Assembly (NCBI RefSeq): GCF_006345805.1
Contig: NC_043005.1
Coordinates: forward strand, 11,780,001-11,844,000
Length of the DNA stretch: 64,000 nucleotides
Source: Octopus sinensis
Taxonomy: Eukaryota
Reading direction: 5' to 3'
The notes beneath the pieces were generated by a model that made no database searches, was not told where the DNA came from, and worked only from the letters and a program-made list of their open reading frames with translations. This document shows positions 12,851 through 26,354 of this stretch, piece by piece; positions within the stretch are counted from its first letter, which is position 1; the number at the start of each line of letters is the position of its first letter. The position numbers and the translations under genes are program-made.

Positions 12851-13058
12851 TTGTTCCTTTGTTCCCGACAATGCATTATTTGATTTCTATTTGACATTTA
12901 ACTTCCTTCACATACAGAATTGCTTTTATCAGTTTCAAACGCACCCAATACCCCCTCTCTCTTTCTTTCCTTATCCTTTCTCTGTGCATTCATGTATGCA
13001 TACTACACATTTTCGTGTAATCATAATATACATATAGGAATAGAGATGTGAATATACA

Positions 13059-13137
<79 letters not shown>

Positions 13138-13186
13138 ATCTATATCTATATCTCTATATATAAACTGTCTATATGCATGTGTGTGA

Positions 13187-13237
<51 letters not shown>

Positions 13238-13242
13238 ATATA

Positions 13243-13640
13243 TCTTTATATATAAAAGTGAGGTTGTGTGATGTCTGTCTCCAACGATTTAGATTCCTAA
13301 CTACTCCCACATTTGCGGTGCAGTTTAACCAAAACCGGGTATCTTATAGTCGTGATTCATATCGAGCCCTTCTGGGTATTAGCGCGCGTCTACGATGAGT
13401 CTACGATTAAAAAAAAAATTACCATTAACTTTTCCCATTTTTAATGCATTTTTGGCATATATAAGGGAAGTAACTCTCTAAAAATTTATTATAAATCTCA
13501 GAAAGTAAAAAAGCTACAGTAACAACACCCCCCACACACTTTGTGGTCAGCCATATTGAGATGGCTATTATACTTTACATCTCTAAAAATGCTTATATAG
13601 TATTTCCCTACAAACCCGAGCAACGCCGGGCGATACGCTA

Positions 13641-13641
<1 letters not shown>
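13243..13641 (+). mobile_element. Non-autonomous Helitron
   Basis: A|TC 5' end, 3' hairpin cccgagcaacgccggg (13615-13630), CTAG|T 3' end. Confidence 0.85.
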
Positions 13642-13674
<33 letters not shown>

Positions 13675-13792
13675 AACTCTGTTTAAGTAATGAGATTCAG
13701 TGAGTTCTAATGAATCACATGAATATGGTCCTTACTAGGATGCACCGGAATCTATATGGTGTTAACCATACGATAAGTGGGGCGATTACAAA

Positions 13793-13969
13793 TAGGAAAA
13801 AAGCAACAAGAATGGATTAAAATCTCGGTACAATTGTTTCGTACGAGGACATCTTTAATAAGCTACAAAAAATGCAGTAAATATATTTACTGCATTTTTT
13901 GTAGCTTATTAAAGATGTCCTCGTACGAAACAATTGTACCGAGATTATAATCCATTCTTGTTGCTTTTT

Positions 13970-13973
<4 letters not shown>
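13793..13973. repeat. Loop-less palindrome, about 90-bp arms
   Basis: Centre between 13883 and 13884; one mismatch and one indel; each arm carries GAAAC-AATT-GTA. Confidence 0.95.
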
Positions 13974-14010
<37 letters not shown>

Positions 14011-14071
14011 CGAGAAAAGCAAGATATATTAATTTATTTCTGAGCGAGAGAGAGAGAGGAGAGAGAGAGAG

Positions 14072-14119
<48 letters not shown>

Positions 14120-14149
14120 ACTAGAGTACGATAGGACTGTTGTTTATAT

Positions 14150-14369
14150 GCCAACATAACTTGACATCCCTGTAAAGGACGATGTTACTGTCGTTTTGAC
14201 CCCCAGGAAAACGTCTTTTCCAGCTGGCTAACGACACCTAGTCTGTGTCTGTACATAGTAAATACTATGTACAGACACAGACAAGGGAGAGCATCGCTCA
14301 CATCTCTTAAGTGATACTCACATCATTACATGATACACACATGCATAGGTTTCTGAATGTTATCCATCC

Positions 14370-14380
<11 letters not shown>
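14150..14380 (-). mobile_element. Penelope-LTR-like repeat with decayed hammerhead; homologous to 60355-60640
   Basis: Shared 'ccccagga..tccagctggcta..gacac'; relic cacaca..gtttc..tccttag-tgtgtg at about 14335-14380. Confidence 0.55.
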
Positions 14381-14427
<47 letters not shown>

Positions 14428-15097
14428 TGCATGCGCGTGTGTGCGCACATACATATAATGGTTAAGTTCTTATTTATAGCAATATAGGGGCCATTCAGCA
14501 CTCTCAGTTACAATTACTGACGATTACATTTTTCATTTATGGTTTCATATTGCACGTAGTCATTTACATTAATTTTATACACCCTCACACACACATACAC
14601 ACACACACACAGAGACACACACGCACACAAACACATATGCACACACACAATTATATATATATATATATACAAAAATACCTATGCATATACATGCATACGC
14701 ATATACACTCACAAGCACGCATACACACACACACACACTAAAGCAGGCATATAATATACACATAGGTGTGTGTGTGTGTGTGAAGAAACTTCTGCACAGA
14801 AATTTTGGGGCCAGGGAAATATTGTAGTTTATCATTTTGAAGCTAAAATATCTTAGTTGTGGTGGAAAGAAGGCTGACAGGCTGAATCTGAAGAAAATTG
14901 ATGTTGTACTGTAGGATATCTATAACCTTACTAATGAAGTGTTTTACTATGGCCGTCTCTCCAGGGATGGCTTCTTGTTGGATTTGGTCTAGAGCATGTT
15001 ATATATGTGAAAACGAAGGAAGCACAGATTGAATAACTGTACATAGAAAGTTTTTTGAGCTCCAAGTCAATTCTAATGAGCCCATTTATAATTAATG

Positions 15098-15327
15098 ATT
15101 CTTTACTACCCACAAGGGGCTAAACATAGAGGGGACAAACAAGGACAGTCAAACGGATTAAGTCGATTACATCGACCCCACTGCGTAACTGGTACTTTAT
15201 TTATCGACCCCTAAAGGATGAAAGGCAAAGTCGACCTCGGCGGAATTTGAACTCAGAACGTACCGGCAGACGAAATACGGCTACGCATTTCACCCGGCGT
15301 GCTTACGGTTCTGCCAGCTCGCCGCCT
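15098..15327 (-). mobile_element. Family N SINE
   Basis: Full head-core-tail; 18-bp direct repeat gcccatttataattaatg at 15080-15097 and 15351-15368. Confidence 0.9.
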
Positions 15328-15705
15328 TTTATAATATATAACATGCTCTCGCCCATTTATAATTAATGTGATGTCTGTTGGGTGGAATCTTGACCTAGAT
15401 TATCTACCACGCTCTTAATTTATTGTGAAAGGTAAGTAAGACTAACCCATATTTGGCGATTCTTTCTAACAGTATGAACAACCAGGTAGGGGTCCAGGCT
15501 GTGTGTAGTCATCCAATATCGATAATAGCTGTTGTCTGGAATAAATTCGCGTACCAGACTGAAGACTAATGAGACCAGCACAGTCTAACGTTGACAAATT
15601 ATTGTACTATAGGGAACGAAATACCACGAAATATGTCCAATTTACTTTTTATAGCAAGCAGTTCGGGGTCACATAATATGGAAATTTTCTTTTCTTTTTT
15701 CTTTT

Positions 15706-16000
15706 GCGACCAGACGATCAGATGTTGTTACACATCGCTGGTTACAATGCGTTCGCATTGTTTTTGCCTTCAAATGACGCCACCCTGCTGGCTAAGCGAG
15801 CAGGCCAACAGAAGAAAGAGTGGGAGAAAGTTGTGGTGAAAGAGTACAGCAGGGATCACCACCATCCCCTGCCGGAGCCTCGTGGAGCTTTTAGGTGTTT
15901 TCGCTCAATAAACACTCACAACGCCCGGTCTGGGAATCGAAACCGTGATCCTACGATCGCGAGTCCGCTGCCCTAACCACTAGGCCATTGCGCCTCCACA
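15706..16000 (-). mobile_element. tRNA-derived SINE (head A, tail Z, RTE-like)
   Basis: Head matches 41909-42297; tail resembles the 3' end of the RTE fragment at 37130-37200; tatggaaat on both flanks. Confidence 0.85.
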
Positions 16001-16054
16001 TTATGGAAATACCACTAATAATATCGTGATTCAGGAAAAATACTACTGAATACG

Positions 16055-16275
16055 GAAAAGTTCCTGGCTATGAGTAAAAGCAAATTCAGGATTACCAGTT
16101 AATTATGATTCTATTCAAGATATTTCTCTCTCAGATTCAGACACTTATTGCATTCAGACACTATATTTCACTATAGAGTGTCCTTCAGGTTTTCCAAGCC
16201 CTGTAAAGGAACTAGTAAAGTTGAGCCTCCAATCAGGTCCTTCATGATAAGCTTAAAGCCAGGAACTTTACAGAA
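16055..16275. mobile_element. Mariner-like MITE
   Basis: Terminal inverted repeats aaagttcctggct / agccaggaacttt. Confidence 0.6.
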
Positions 16276-16664
16276 TGCGCTTGTATGACAGGATGGGTCG
16301 GGTAGGATGTTTTTATATAAATTCCAATCAATCGTCACCTATCAGACTACGGGCATCTGCATGCCGACAGTAAGTATCTCTTAGCTCTCTCTTTTATATG
16401 TAGGCTTTTAGAACAAAACTGAGAAGAATTTTTACAGATCTGACACACTTTAACCGAGCATGATGGCTTCGGCCACATTCGAATCATGAGTAAATACATA
16501 ACTGTACCATGTATGTCGTATAGCTTCTGGCCATGGGCTATAATTCCCATTTGGATGATCAGATATTCAGCTATATATATGTGTATGTGTTTGCGTATGT
16601 GTGTGTGAGTGTGCGAGTATGTGAATGTGTGTGTGTCTGTCTATTTCTCTGTGTAGCTGTCTAT

Positions 16665-17085
16665 ACTCTTTACTCTTTTCCTCTTTTACTTGTTTCAGTC
16701 ATTTGATTGTGGCCATGCTGGAGCACCGCCTTTAGTAGAGCAAATCAAGCCCAGGACTTATTCTTTGTCAGCCTAGTACTTATTCTATCGTACTCTTTTT
16801 GGCGAACCGCTAAGTTACGTGGACGTAAACACACCAGCATCGGTTGTCAAGCGATGATGGGGGCACAAAAACAGAAACACAAACATATACACATACACAC
16901 ATACATATATATATATACATAATACGATGGGCTTCTTTCCGTTTCCGTCTACCAAATCCACTCACAAGGCTTTGGTCGGCCCAAGACTCTAGTAGAAGAC
17001 ACTTGCCCAAGGTGTCACACAATGGGACTGAAACCCGAACCATGTGGTTCGTAAGCAAGCTACTTACCACACAGCCACTCCTATG
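16665..17085 (-). mobile_element. Family K SINE
   Basis: Match to other K copies. Confidence 0.9.
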
Positions 17086-17269
17086 TCAGAAAGAATGTAA
17101 AATACTATATATTTCTGTGCTTCGTACGGTAATTCGAAGCATAATTCATTTAGAATTCAATTAAACTGTGAATTCACCGATACTCCAGACATGGCAGGAA
17201 TGGATGTCTAAGAGTAACCGATATTTTAAAATTTTCCCGCAGAGTTATATTTCATTGCGAGGTTTGCAT

Positions 17270-17481
17270 TAGGAACATTTTACTTCCTTGAATCATGAAT
17301 AGGGTCTGGTGATCAAAAACCTATAAATGAATTAGATTTTCATTACCTATTGATACTGCTTTCTAAATATGATTTATATACGTATATGCGCAAGCACAGA
17401 CATGTGTGCATGCATATACCACGATACTTACATATATATATATAATATCTATATCTATATATAATTATAATATCATATATA

Positions 17482-17525
<44 letters not shown>

Positions 17526-17652
17526 TATATGTATATATGTATATATAATTGATGCACACAAACGATGTACGTGAGCATGGTGGCATAAATAATGAGGAAT
17601 ATATTAATGTGGGTTACATTGATACGTAGAAACAGAGATAAGAGAGAAAGAA

Positions 17653-17691
<39 letters not shown>

Positions 17692-18617
17692 AGAGAAAAT
17701 GAAAGAAAGAAACAGAGAAAGAGAATGAAAGAAAGTAAGAAGATGCTGAAAAAGAAATAATATAGAATAAGTGATGTAGGCAGTTGTGAGGAGGTTTTCA
17801 ACTAAAATAACATCTTCTTACTGATAAGAAAGTAATATATTCCTTATAATCGTAACATTGCAAAAGTTAACCACGTTAACGGTCGTCTACGTGAAACTAT
17901 TTGATCTTATTTTACGCGAACGGAAAGATACGTGAGTGGCTGTTTGTGAGTGACGGCGTATATGTGATTATGTGTGTATGTGCGTTTGTATATATATATA
18001 TATGTGTGTGTGTGTGTGGTGTGTGTGTGTGTGCGTGTGTGAATAATGTATTATAGGTTTCTGATTTTCGAATGTATGTGGAGTGTATGCATTGTAAGAG
18101 GTGTGGTGTTCTTTTTTGGTTTATATGTACGAATGAATATGCAAGCTTTTATGAAACCGAATAACGAAAAAAAAAAAAATAAAACGAAAGAGAAAAACAT
18201 GCCTTCACAACGAGGCCAACGAATGCCAGATCCCTCCTACTTCACATATACACACACACACGCGCGCGTACGCGTGCACCTAGATGCACATACAGACAGG
18301 CACACACACACACACATATATATACATATACACATGGATATGGATAAATATAGATACATATATATATAAATATATTATTATATAATATATATACTATATA
18401 TATATGTGTATGGGTATATAAATATATGAATATATATATATATATATATGTAATATATGTGTGTGTATATATAGGTATATATATATGAGTATATATATAT
18501 TGTATATATATATATCTATATATATATATATGTATGTATTTCTATATATATATATATGTATGTATTTATATATATATGTATTTATAATATATATATATAT
18601 GTATATACACACACACA

Positions 18618-18661
<44 letters not shown>

Positions 18662-18985
18662 TATATTATATATATATATATAATAGACATGAATATCGCA
18701 AACGCTTGCTAATTTGAATATATAAAAGAAGGCATGTGCATACCCTAAAGTTGTGTGTTTCAATAAATGTGTACGAAGAGGGGTGTGTCATGTGCACACA
18801 CTTGCATGTATTCACACACACAACTACACACACACACACACGTATAAATACACATGCCTACACACACACTCCCACGCACGCACATACGCAGTCTAACAGA
18901 ATTTTTTGGTGTACTTATTTTCGCTTCGGTGCATTTCGTTCGTATGATAGCACAAACCGAAAGTGTATATACGTTTCTTAGTGCA

Positions 18986-19021
<36 letters not shown>

Positions 19022-19197
19022 CGTGCGCAGTTAGTAAGCAATGATACTATTATAAATGGATATTGAAAACCGAGAATGGAAGGTAAAGGAATTATGAAAG
19101 AATCCATATCTACAAAACACATGCAGAATCACACACTGAAGCACAGACATGCGCACAAATGTGATGCACACATACACGCCGCCGCAAGCGGACACAC

Positions 19198-19240
<43 letters not shown>

Positions 19241-19432
19241 TATATATATATAATATGTATATTATATATATATATATATATAGGTGAGAATGTTTTTCAC
19301 TTTTTACTATTTTCTATATATATATATATGTATGTATGTATAAAAATATTTATATACATGTACGTATATACGTATATATATATATATATGTATGTACACA
19401 CATATATGCATATGTAGTTTCATATATATAGA

Positions 19433-19501
<69 letters not shown>

Positions 19502-19531
19502 TATGTATATATGATTATATGTATAGTATAG

Positions 19532-19562
<31 letters not shown>

Positions 19563-19852
19563 GCATATATAGATATTATATATACATATACATTATATAC
19601 ATATATACATATACCTACATACATGCATACACATATATAATTTTATATATATATATAAATATACCAATATACATGCATACATATATATATATATATAATA
19701 TATATATATATATATAAATATATACGTTTATATATATATACACACACATATATATATGAATGTATATATGTATGTATATATACGTGTGTGTGTGTATGTC
19801 TATATATATATATGAATATCTGTGTGTGCAAGCATGTATGTATGTATATATG

Positions 19853-19884
<32 letters not shown>

Positions 19885-20476
19885 TGTATGTATGTATGTA
19901 TGTATGTGTGTACGTCTGCAATGGAAGTAAAACAGGGAATGGTGGAGACAACTGTTATATTGTATTGATATTAATGTGCGAAGCATTGATTTAATTATGA
20001 TTCAATAGACATAGAGACAACACACTGACGACAAAATATATAGCTTTGAATATCTGTTAAAATACGTTAGCCATTTTAAAAGAATATCGAATGACTTGCT
20101 TCTTCTAATAGCGTATTTTAATGAAGTAGTCGCAGCTTCTAGATTTCACTTAGAATAACATTTACTTTAAAATTGCACTTGTTGAAAATTGTTAGAGCTG
20201 GTTGAAAGTTTTCAGAGGGCCAATGCTTCGTTCATTTCCTTTTTCTTTCATTTTTACTATTTCTTTTTTTTTTATTTTTTTTCTTTTTTAGATGAGAGCG
20301 ATATGGAAGTGTATGTAACTCGGTAAGGAACAAATATCGCAAAGATTCAATTTGGAAAGAACGAATGTTGCAAAGATTCAAGTTCGTAGGTTTTCACGCT
20401 TATGCGTAAGATCCTTTACTGATATACTAAACGATGATTAAATATACATGCGCATATACGAAGACCCATAGATGTG

Positions 20477-20513
<37 letters not shown>

Positions 20514-20560
20514 ACACACACTATCAAACACACACACACTATCAAACACACACACACACG
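17270..20560. repeat. Microsatellite-dominated interval ((TA)n, (GA)n, (CA)n, (TATG)n)
   Basis: Direct inspection. Confidence 0.9.
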
Positions 20561-21004
20561 CACATCACTCACAACTCGAAACTCTGGAAGAAGTGTCTAA
20601 GGTGACACTAAGGTGACACGTAGTAGCAGTAAACCCGGGGAAAATGCATTTGGGAAGCCAACTGAACCTCATTGTTATGCCGGAACCTAGAGCATAAAAT
20701 TGTATCGAGCGTGGAATTTTTTAGTTATTCATCCTTTAAATTACCTACATTACATTGTAATGTCTGACTAGAAAGTTCCCAGTTACTTATTCAACCACAT
20801 AATGTCCTCATATGTATTGGTTCTGTTCAACTCAGAGTTATTCTTATTACTTGATATCAGTTAATTTCCTAGCTAAGTTGTTTTTTTATTTCTCATATAT
20901 TTCATACGAATGTCTTCTTTTTAGATTTGTGAGTTATCGTTTTTCACCTTAATTTTCTTTAACTTTTTAGTCGAATGATTCGACCCCACGATTTATTTTT
21001 AAAG

Positions 21005-21510
21005 CTTGGCACTTATTCTATCGGTCTCTTCCGCTGAACCGCTCAGTTACGGGGACGTAAACACATTAACACTGGTTTTAAGTGATGGTGGACACAAACA
21101 CGGACACAAAGACATACACACATGGATACACACACACACACTCACATATACAAGCACACACACACCGATGTTGGTGTGTTTATGTCCCTGTAACTTAGCA
21201 GTTCGGTGCAGCTGACGGATAGAATAAATACTTGGCTTGCAAAGAATAAGAGCTGGTGTCAATTTGCTCGACTAAAACTCCTTAAGGTGGTGCTCCAGTA
21301 TGGCTGCTGTCAAATGACTGAAACAAATAAAAGAATATATATCTATATACACATACTATTGGTTTCTTTCAGTTTCCGTTGACAAAGCCCACTCGCGAGG
21401 CTTTAGGCGGTCCGAAGTTATAATAGAATAGTCCTGCCTAAGGCGTTACGCAGTGGTACTGAGCCTAGAACCATATGGTTGGGAAGTAAACTTCTTGCTA
21501 CATACTCACG
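21005..21510. mobile_element. Three family K SINE fragments in alternating orientation
   Basis: About 21005-21110 (-), 21170-21335 (+), 21350-21510 (-). Confidence 0.75.
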
Positions 21511-21534
21511 CTTAGCTGGATCATTAAAAAAACT

Positions 21535-22200
21535 AATGCAGAAACACTTCTACTCTCGCCACAAGTATTACAAATTAATAATCAAGCACAACGTAAAATT
21601 GTCATATTCCACTACGAACAATTCTGAAGAAACTGTTGCCAACTACAGCCACTTCAAGTTGTCTAAAATTTTAAAAAAATTAAACCACATACACAATAAC
21701 GATTGTAATTGTAGAAGGTAAATGTCTCAAGCAGGAAAATATCTCTCAAGAAATATAGTGTATAGCGCAATGGTAATCAGAAGCACTACAACAACTACCA
21801 TATCTATAAACATAGAATCTCCAACAAACTGTTTCAAGTCACGATTCAGCCAACACACGTACACGTATCGCAACCCAAACCGGAAAATTAAACGTCACTG
21901 TCCAAGCATATATACAATGAAATAAAAAAGATCACTCCGTTTCGCATCAAGTGGAAAATACTCGCACACGACAGCCATACCAAGGTAATAACAAACTGTG
22001 CCGATTTTATACAAATGAATCCTACTTACATTCTAACATTCATGGACCAAATCCTGAACCGAAACTTCGTACTATTATCTTCATACAAACACAAAATCAT
22101 AAAAACACTAAAACACTTCAAATCTTCACAAATGGCTTAACTTCTTAATATCTCACCAATTCTCCTCAATCTATCTACACCATAAACCAACCGCTTGATA
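21535..22200 (+). mobile_element. Penelope-like retroelement linker and GIY-YIG endonuclease relic
   Basis: KHFYSRHKYYKLIIKHNVKLSYS..CNCR..LSRNIVYSAMV..FKSRFSQHTYTYRN..QPYQGNNKLC resembles PLE 'HK.F...NVK.SYS..CNC..C...N.VY.A.V..FK.R...H'; interrupted by stops. Confidence 0.75.
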
Positions 22201-22804
22201 TAAAATAAAAATAAAAAAAAAACACTTATAACTCCACACTTATACACTAAAGAAGTACTCTCGAAATTATCTAAAAGTCTCCCCATCCCCAACTAAAATT
22301 CCTACAAAAGGTTTTCTAATGTAGCTACTTAAAGCTACATACACCAAATATATATTTAAATACAAGCAAATTGAAATAACTGTTTTTTTTTTTCATGTTA
22401 TATTATATGTTTATTCCCATTTTCATAGGTGAATACATACACACCTTCCATTTCAACCCCACTTTAGTATATATCTAGGACAGAATTTGAAGAAATTTTA
22501 TAAACAAACACCAAACAGATTCTATCGCCATGAAACGGGAAGGTTAGAATCCATATATACAAGTCAAATTGCTTATAGAACAATGAACGCCTAGAAAGAA
22601 ACATAGACACACAATCTTTACTCATATATGTTTGTGAACATCAAAGTACAAGTGGAACAACTTTCTATACTAGTAAAACCATGACATGCCGGACTAATAA
22701 CTCCAAAATTACAAATGAAAACACCTTAAATACGAAGATGTAAAGAAATCACCAGTGTAAGATTACCACTTACCGATAATCTTTTCTTTTCTTTTTTTTC
22801 CTAC

Positions 22805-22968
22805 TCTAGGCACAAAGCCCGAAATTTTTGGTACTTAATTTATGGACCTTGAAGGGTGAAAAGCAAAGTCGACATCGGCGGAATTTGAACTCAGAACATA
22901 AAGACAGACGAAATACTGCTAAGCATTTCGCCCGGCGTGCTAACGTTTCTGCCAACTCTCCGCCTTCC
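22805..22968 (-). mobile_element. Family N SINE, diverged
   Basis: Head and core motifs. Confidence 0.8.
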
Positions 22969-23532
22969 TACCGATGTTCTTTTGTAAAAAAGAGTGGACA
23001 GCCCAATTACTAAGGGCCTAAATGCTGGATTTTGTATCATTGACCTTTACAACGTCTAAGGAGAAGGATTACATCCAGTAATGCCAGAAAAATACTGTCA
23101 CACCTTGTGCTTCATAACAAAGTGAAACACTTACAGGCTTGTTTACAAAGTTCTACATGCTTGAATAAATATTAAACAATAACACAACCCAAAACGTTTC
23201 CAAAACACCTTTCTGTACTAACGAACCGTAAATATCTAATCACTCCACTCAAGCTCACACTCTCCTAGAATATTTCAGCTCAACAGAGAACATATAAAGT
23301 CAAGACTGGCTCTAATGCATCGCAGTCCGACAAAGGCTTAGCAGGCCGAAAGTTCGAAGTCATTGTCAAGAACATTCTTGACTAAGAATAATCAATTTGT
23401 AACTTACAAATTTTTAGAGCAATCCATCAGAGTAAGATAACATTGTGTTTATTATGACTGAACAAAAAAAACAAAAAGAAAAGCAAAGAAACACACAGAC
23501 ACACACACAAACCTGTAGGCGCAGGAGTGGCT

Positions 23533-23977
23533 TCGAAACGTGGAGTAGATGAAACAGGGACAACTGAAGAAGGGGAATATTCTTTATGTTTTATGGCTCG
23601 TTTCTCTGTTTGTGTTTTTTTGTTGTTCGAAAAACGTTCGTTTCTGTTTTTGTTTTTATGTTTTCGTTTTTCTCATTGTGTTCAACATTTCTTTGATGTC
23701 CTGTACCCATATATGCATGTATATATACACATATATATATGTAGGTGTGTATATATATGTATGTATATATGCATATATTTATATAGTATTTATATTATGT
23801 ATATATATATATACATAGGTACAGGCGTGGCTGTTTGGTAAGAATTTGCTTCCCAACCACAGAGTTCTTGGTACAGTCTCACTGCACGGCACCTTGGGTA
23901 CGTGTCTTTCACTGTAGACTCGGATCGACCAAAGTCTTGTGAGTGGATTTGATAGCTGGAAACTGAAAGAGAATATT

Positions 23978-24057
<80 letters not shown>

Positions 24058-24480
24058 TAAATAAAATAAAACATATGCATATATATAAACATATATGTAC
24101 GTACCTACCTCTACATGTACATATACACGCATATATGAGTACAGGACACCAAAAGGACGTCGAACACAATGAGAAACGAAAACAGACACAAACCAAAGGA
24201 ACTGGACATTTTCTTAAAGAACAACAAAAAAAATAGAGTACAGGACAATTAACACAAAGAAAAAAACCCTTCTTCAGTCGCTATGGTTTGATCTACTCTA
24301 CGTTTCGAAGGATAAAAGCGAGACGTATCTTCGACAAGAAACTTTCCTTCCTGCGAAAAGCAAATCAATTAAAATTCTGAGATCTTTTCGCAGAGGGGTA
24401 AAAAATGGTAACAAAAACAGGACAGTAACGACAATACAAATTATAAACAGTAAAAGACAGGACAAGGAAAAACAAGATAA
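23533..24480. mobile_element. Inverted pair of Penelope-LTR-like repeats (23533-23712 +, 24133-24307 -) around (TA)n and a K SINE 5' fragment (23816-23975)
   Basis: 'cgaaacgt.gagtagat.aaac...actgaagaaggg..ctcattgtgtt..tgtcctgtac.catat' on opposite strands. Confidence 0.75.
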
Positions 24481-24809
24481 GAAGGGCTGTTAACGCCGAA
24501 CGAAAAAGAGTATTGCGAACGCGGATTTTTTTATGAACGACGAGCGGAGCAAAAAGAATTGTCGTCTATACCTTGAGAGGGCCAGGCCAGAAAGACAGCA
24601 GCGGAAGTCTCGTCGCGGGTCAACGACGGGAGGAGGGAGGAGGAGCAAGAGAAAGGGAGAGAAGAAGGGGAATGGCTGCGAGGAAACCACAAAGAATTGA
24701 GAGGGGGAGAGAGAGAATATATATATAGGGAAAGTTTACGAAAAAACAAAAGACGATGACAGGTGGTGTACAAAACAAACACATGTATTAGTATAACGCC
24801 CAGGAATAG

Positions 24810-24845
<36 letters not shown>

Positions 24846-26069
24846 TCGATAAAAAGTAAGTACACAATGTCAAATAGATAGACCGATAGTATAAGTTACC
24901 AGATTTGAAAAAGAAGTAACGGAAAGAAATAACCGAAACCAGGTAATCGCAAAAGTGAATTGTAAACCCCGTAGCCATACTTGCTTCTTATTCTGTGGAA
25001 TGTCGATGCAAAATCAATGCATTGTTCATCTCTTAGTTGATGCGTTTACGGTTTTTATTTTTACTTCATTTACTGGAATAAGATCCTAAATTAAGCTCCG
25101 TTCACAAGTAATTTCGCAATATTCGACATGTAGCTTAATCATGAACGATCGAATATTGTTTGACAATGGTAATGATATCTTTTTATTATCCTAAGAATGA
25201 TCGCATACCTTCTTTTTTATATGTAGTTTCAGATTATTCATTGGGTTTCGGAATTTTAACTTTACACAAACCACAGCATTTTTATGTGTCACAGTTCTCT
25301 TTCTTACATACAAATGTTCCTTTATTTCGAAAAGATTACTTCAAATTTAATTATGTCTCTATAATGTTACCCTGCCATTAAAAATACCTTAAGTAGTTGT
25401 TGGTGAGTCAACCACGCCAGTCGATTTTCATGTAAGCAATTATTCAAGCATGGAGGCTACATGGCGTCCAGCTTAATACACTTAAGTCTCTAATAAGCTA
25501 TAACTTCAGCGTATGTTGTTCAACTCAATCTCTTCATCTTCTGTTACAACTAAATCTGTTCCAGCTCTGTCAGATGTGAATATTTACTTCTTAGTTTTAT
25601 TTAGTTTACCTGCAGTAATTCTTCCCGTCCTGTAGTCTCCAGCGAAACCAAGAGAAATGGGAACAAACCCCTTGCGATCTTTCTAGGTAATGCAAATTTA
25701 TGGACCGCATACCTTGACTACGCTTCGTCTATAATTATCGATATCAAGAGTATCAGCATCGTTGTTGTGTGAAGAAGGTAGTCAAATTTATGGACGTTGC
25801 TAATTACTGGTTACTTTAACGCCATCAAATAGACTCTTGGTTACTTGTTGAGAAATTCCTTCTGATACAAGCATTCGGGTTAGGAGTTTGGTGTGAGCAA
25901 CATCTTTCGGCCTTCTTCCACTCTTCCTAAATTACTGGAAGTGAGCGTGGTTGTTGCTGTCTCTCCTGTAATATACACAAATATAAACACATACACGCAC
26001 GTGTATACACACACATACACACAAATATATATTATAATAATAAAGATAACAATGGTTTCAAATTTTTCC

Positions 26070-26269
26070 ACAAGTGCAGCAGATTTTGGGGGAGGGGCTA
26101 AGTCGATTGCGTCAACCCAAGTGTTCAACTGCTACGTATTTTATCGATCTGGAAAGGATGAAAGGCAAAGTCGACCTCGCGGAATTTGAATTCAGAACGT
26201 AGTGGCAGACGAAATACTTGTAAGTATTTTGCCCAGAGTGAAAACAATTCTGTCAGCCCACAGCCTTAA

Positions 26270-26344
<75 letters not shown>

Positions 26345-26352
26345 TAATAATA
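26070..26352 (-). mobile_element. Family N SINE followed by (AAT)n (26267-26352)
   Basis: Core motif plus microsatellite. Confidence 0.8.
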
Positions 26353-26354
26353 AT

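Noticed and set aside
16345-16368. 24-bp micro-exon with gtaagt donor
   Set aside because: Lies within a dispersed repeat copy
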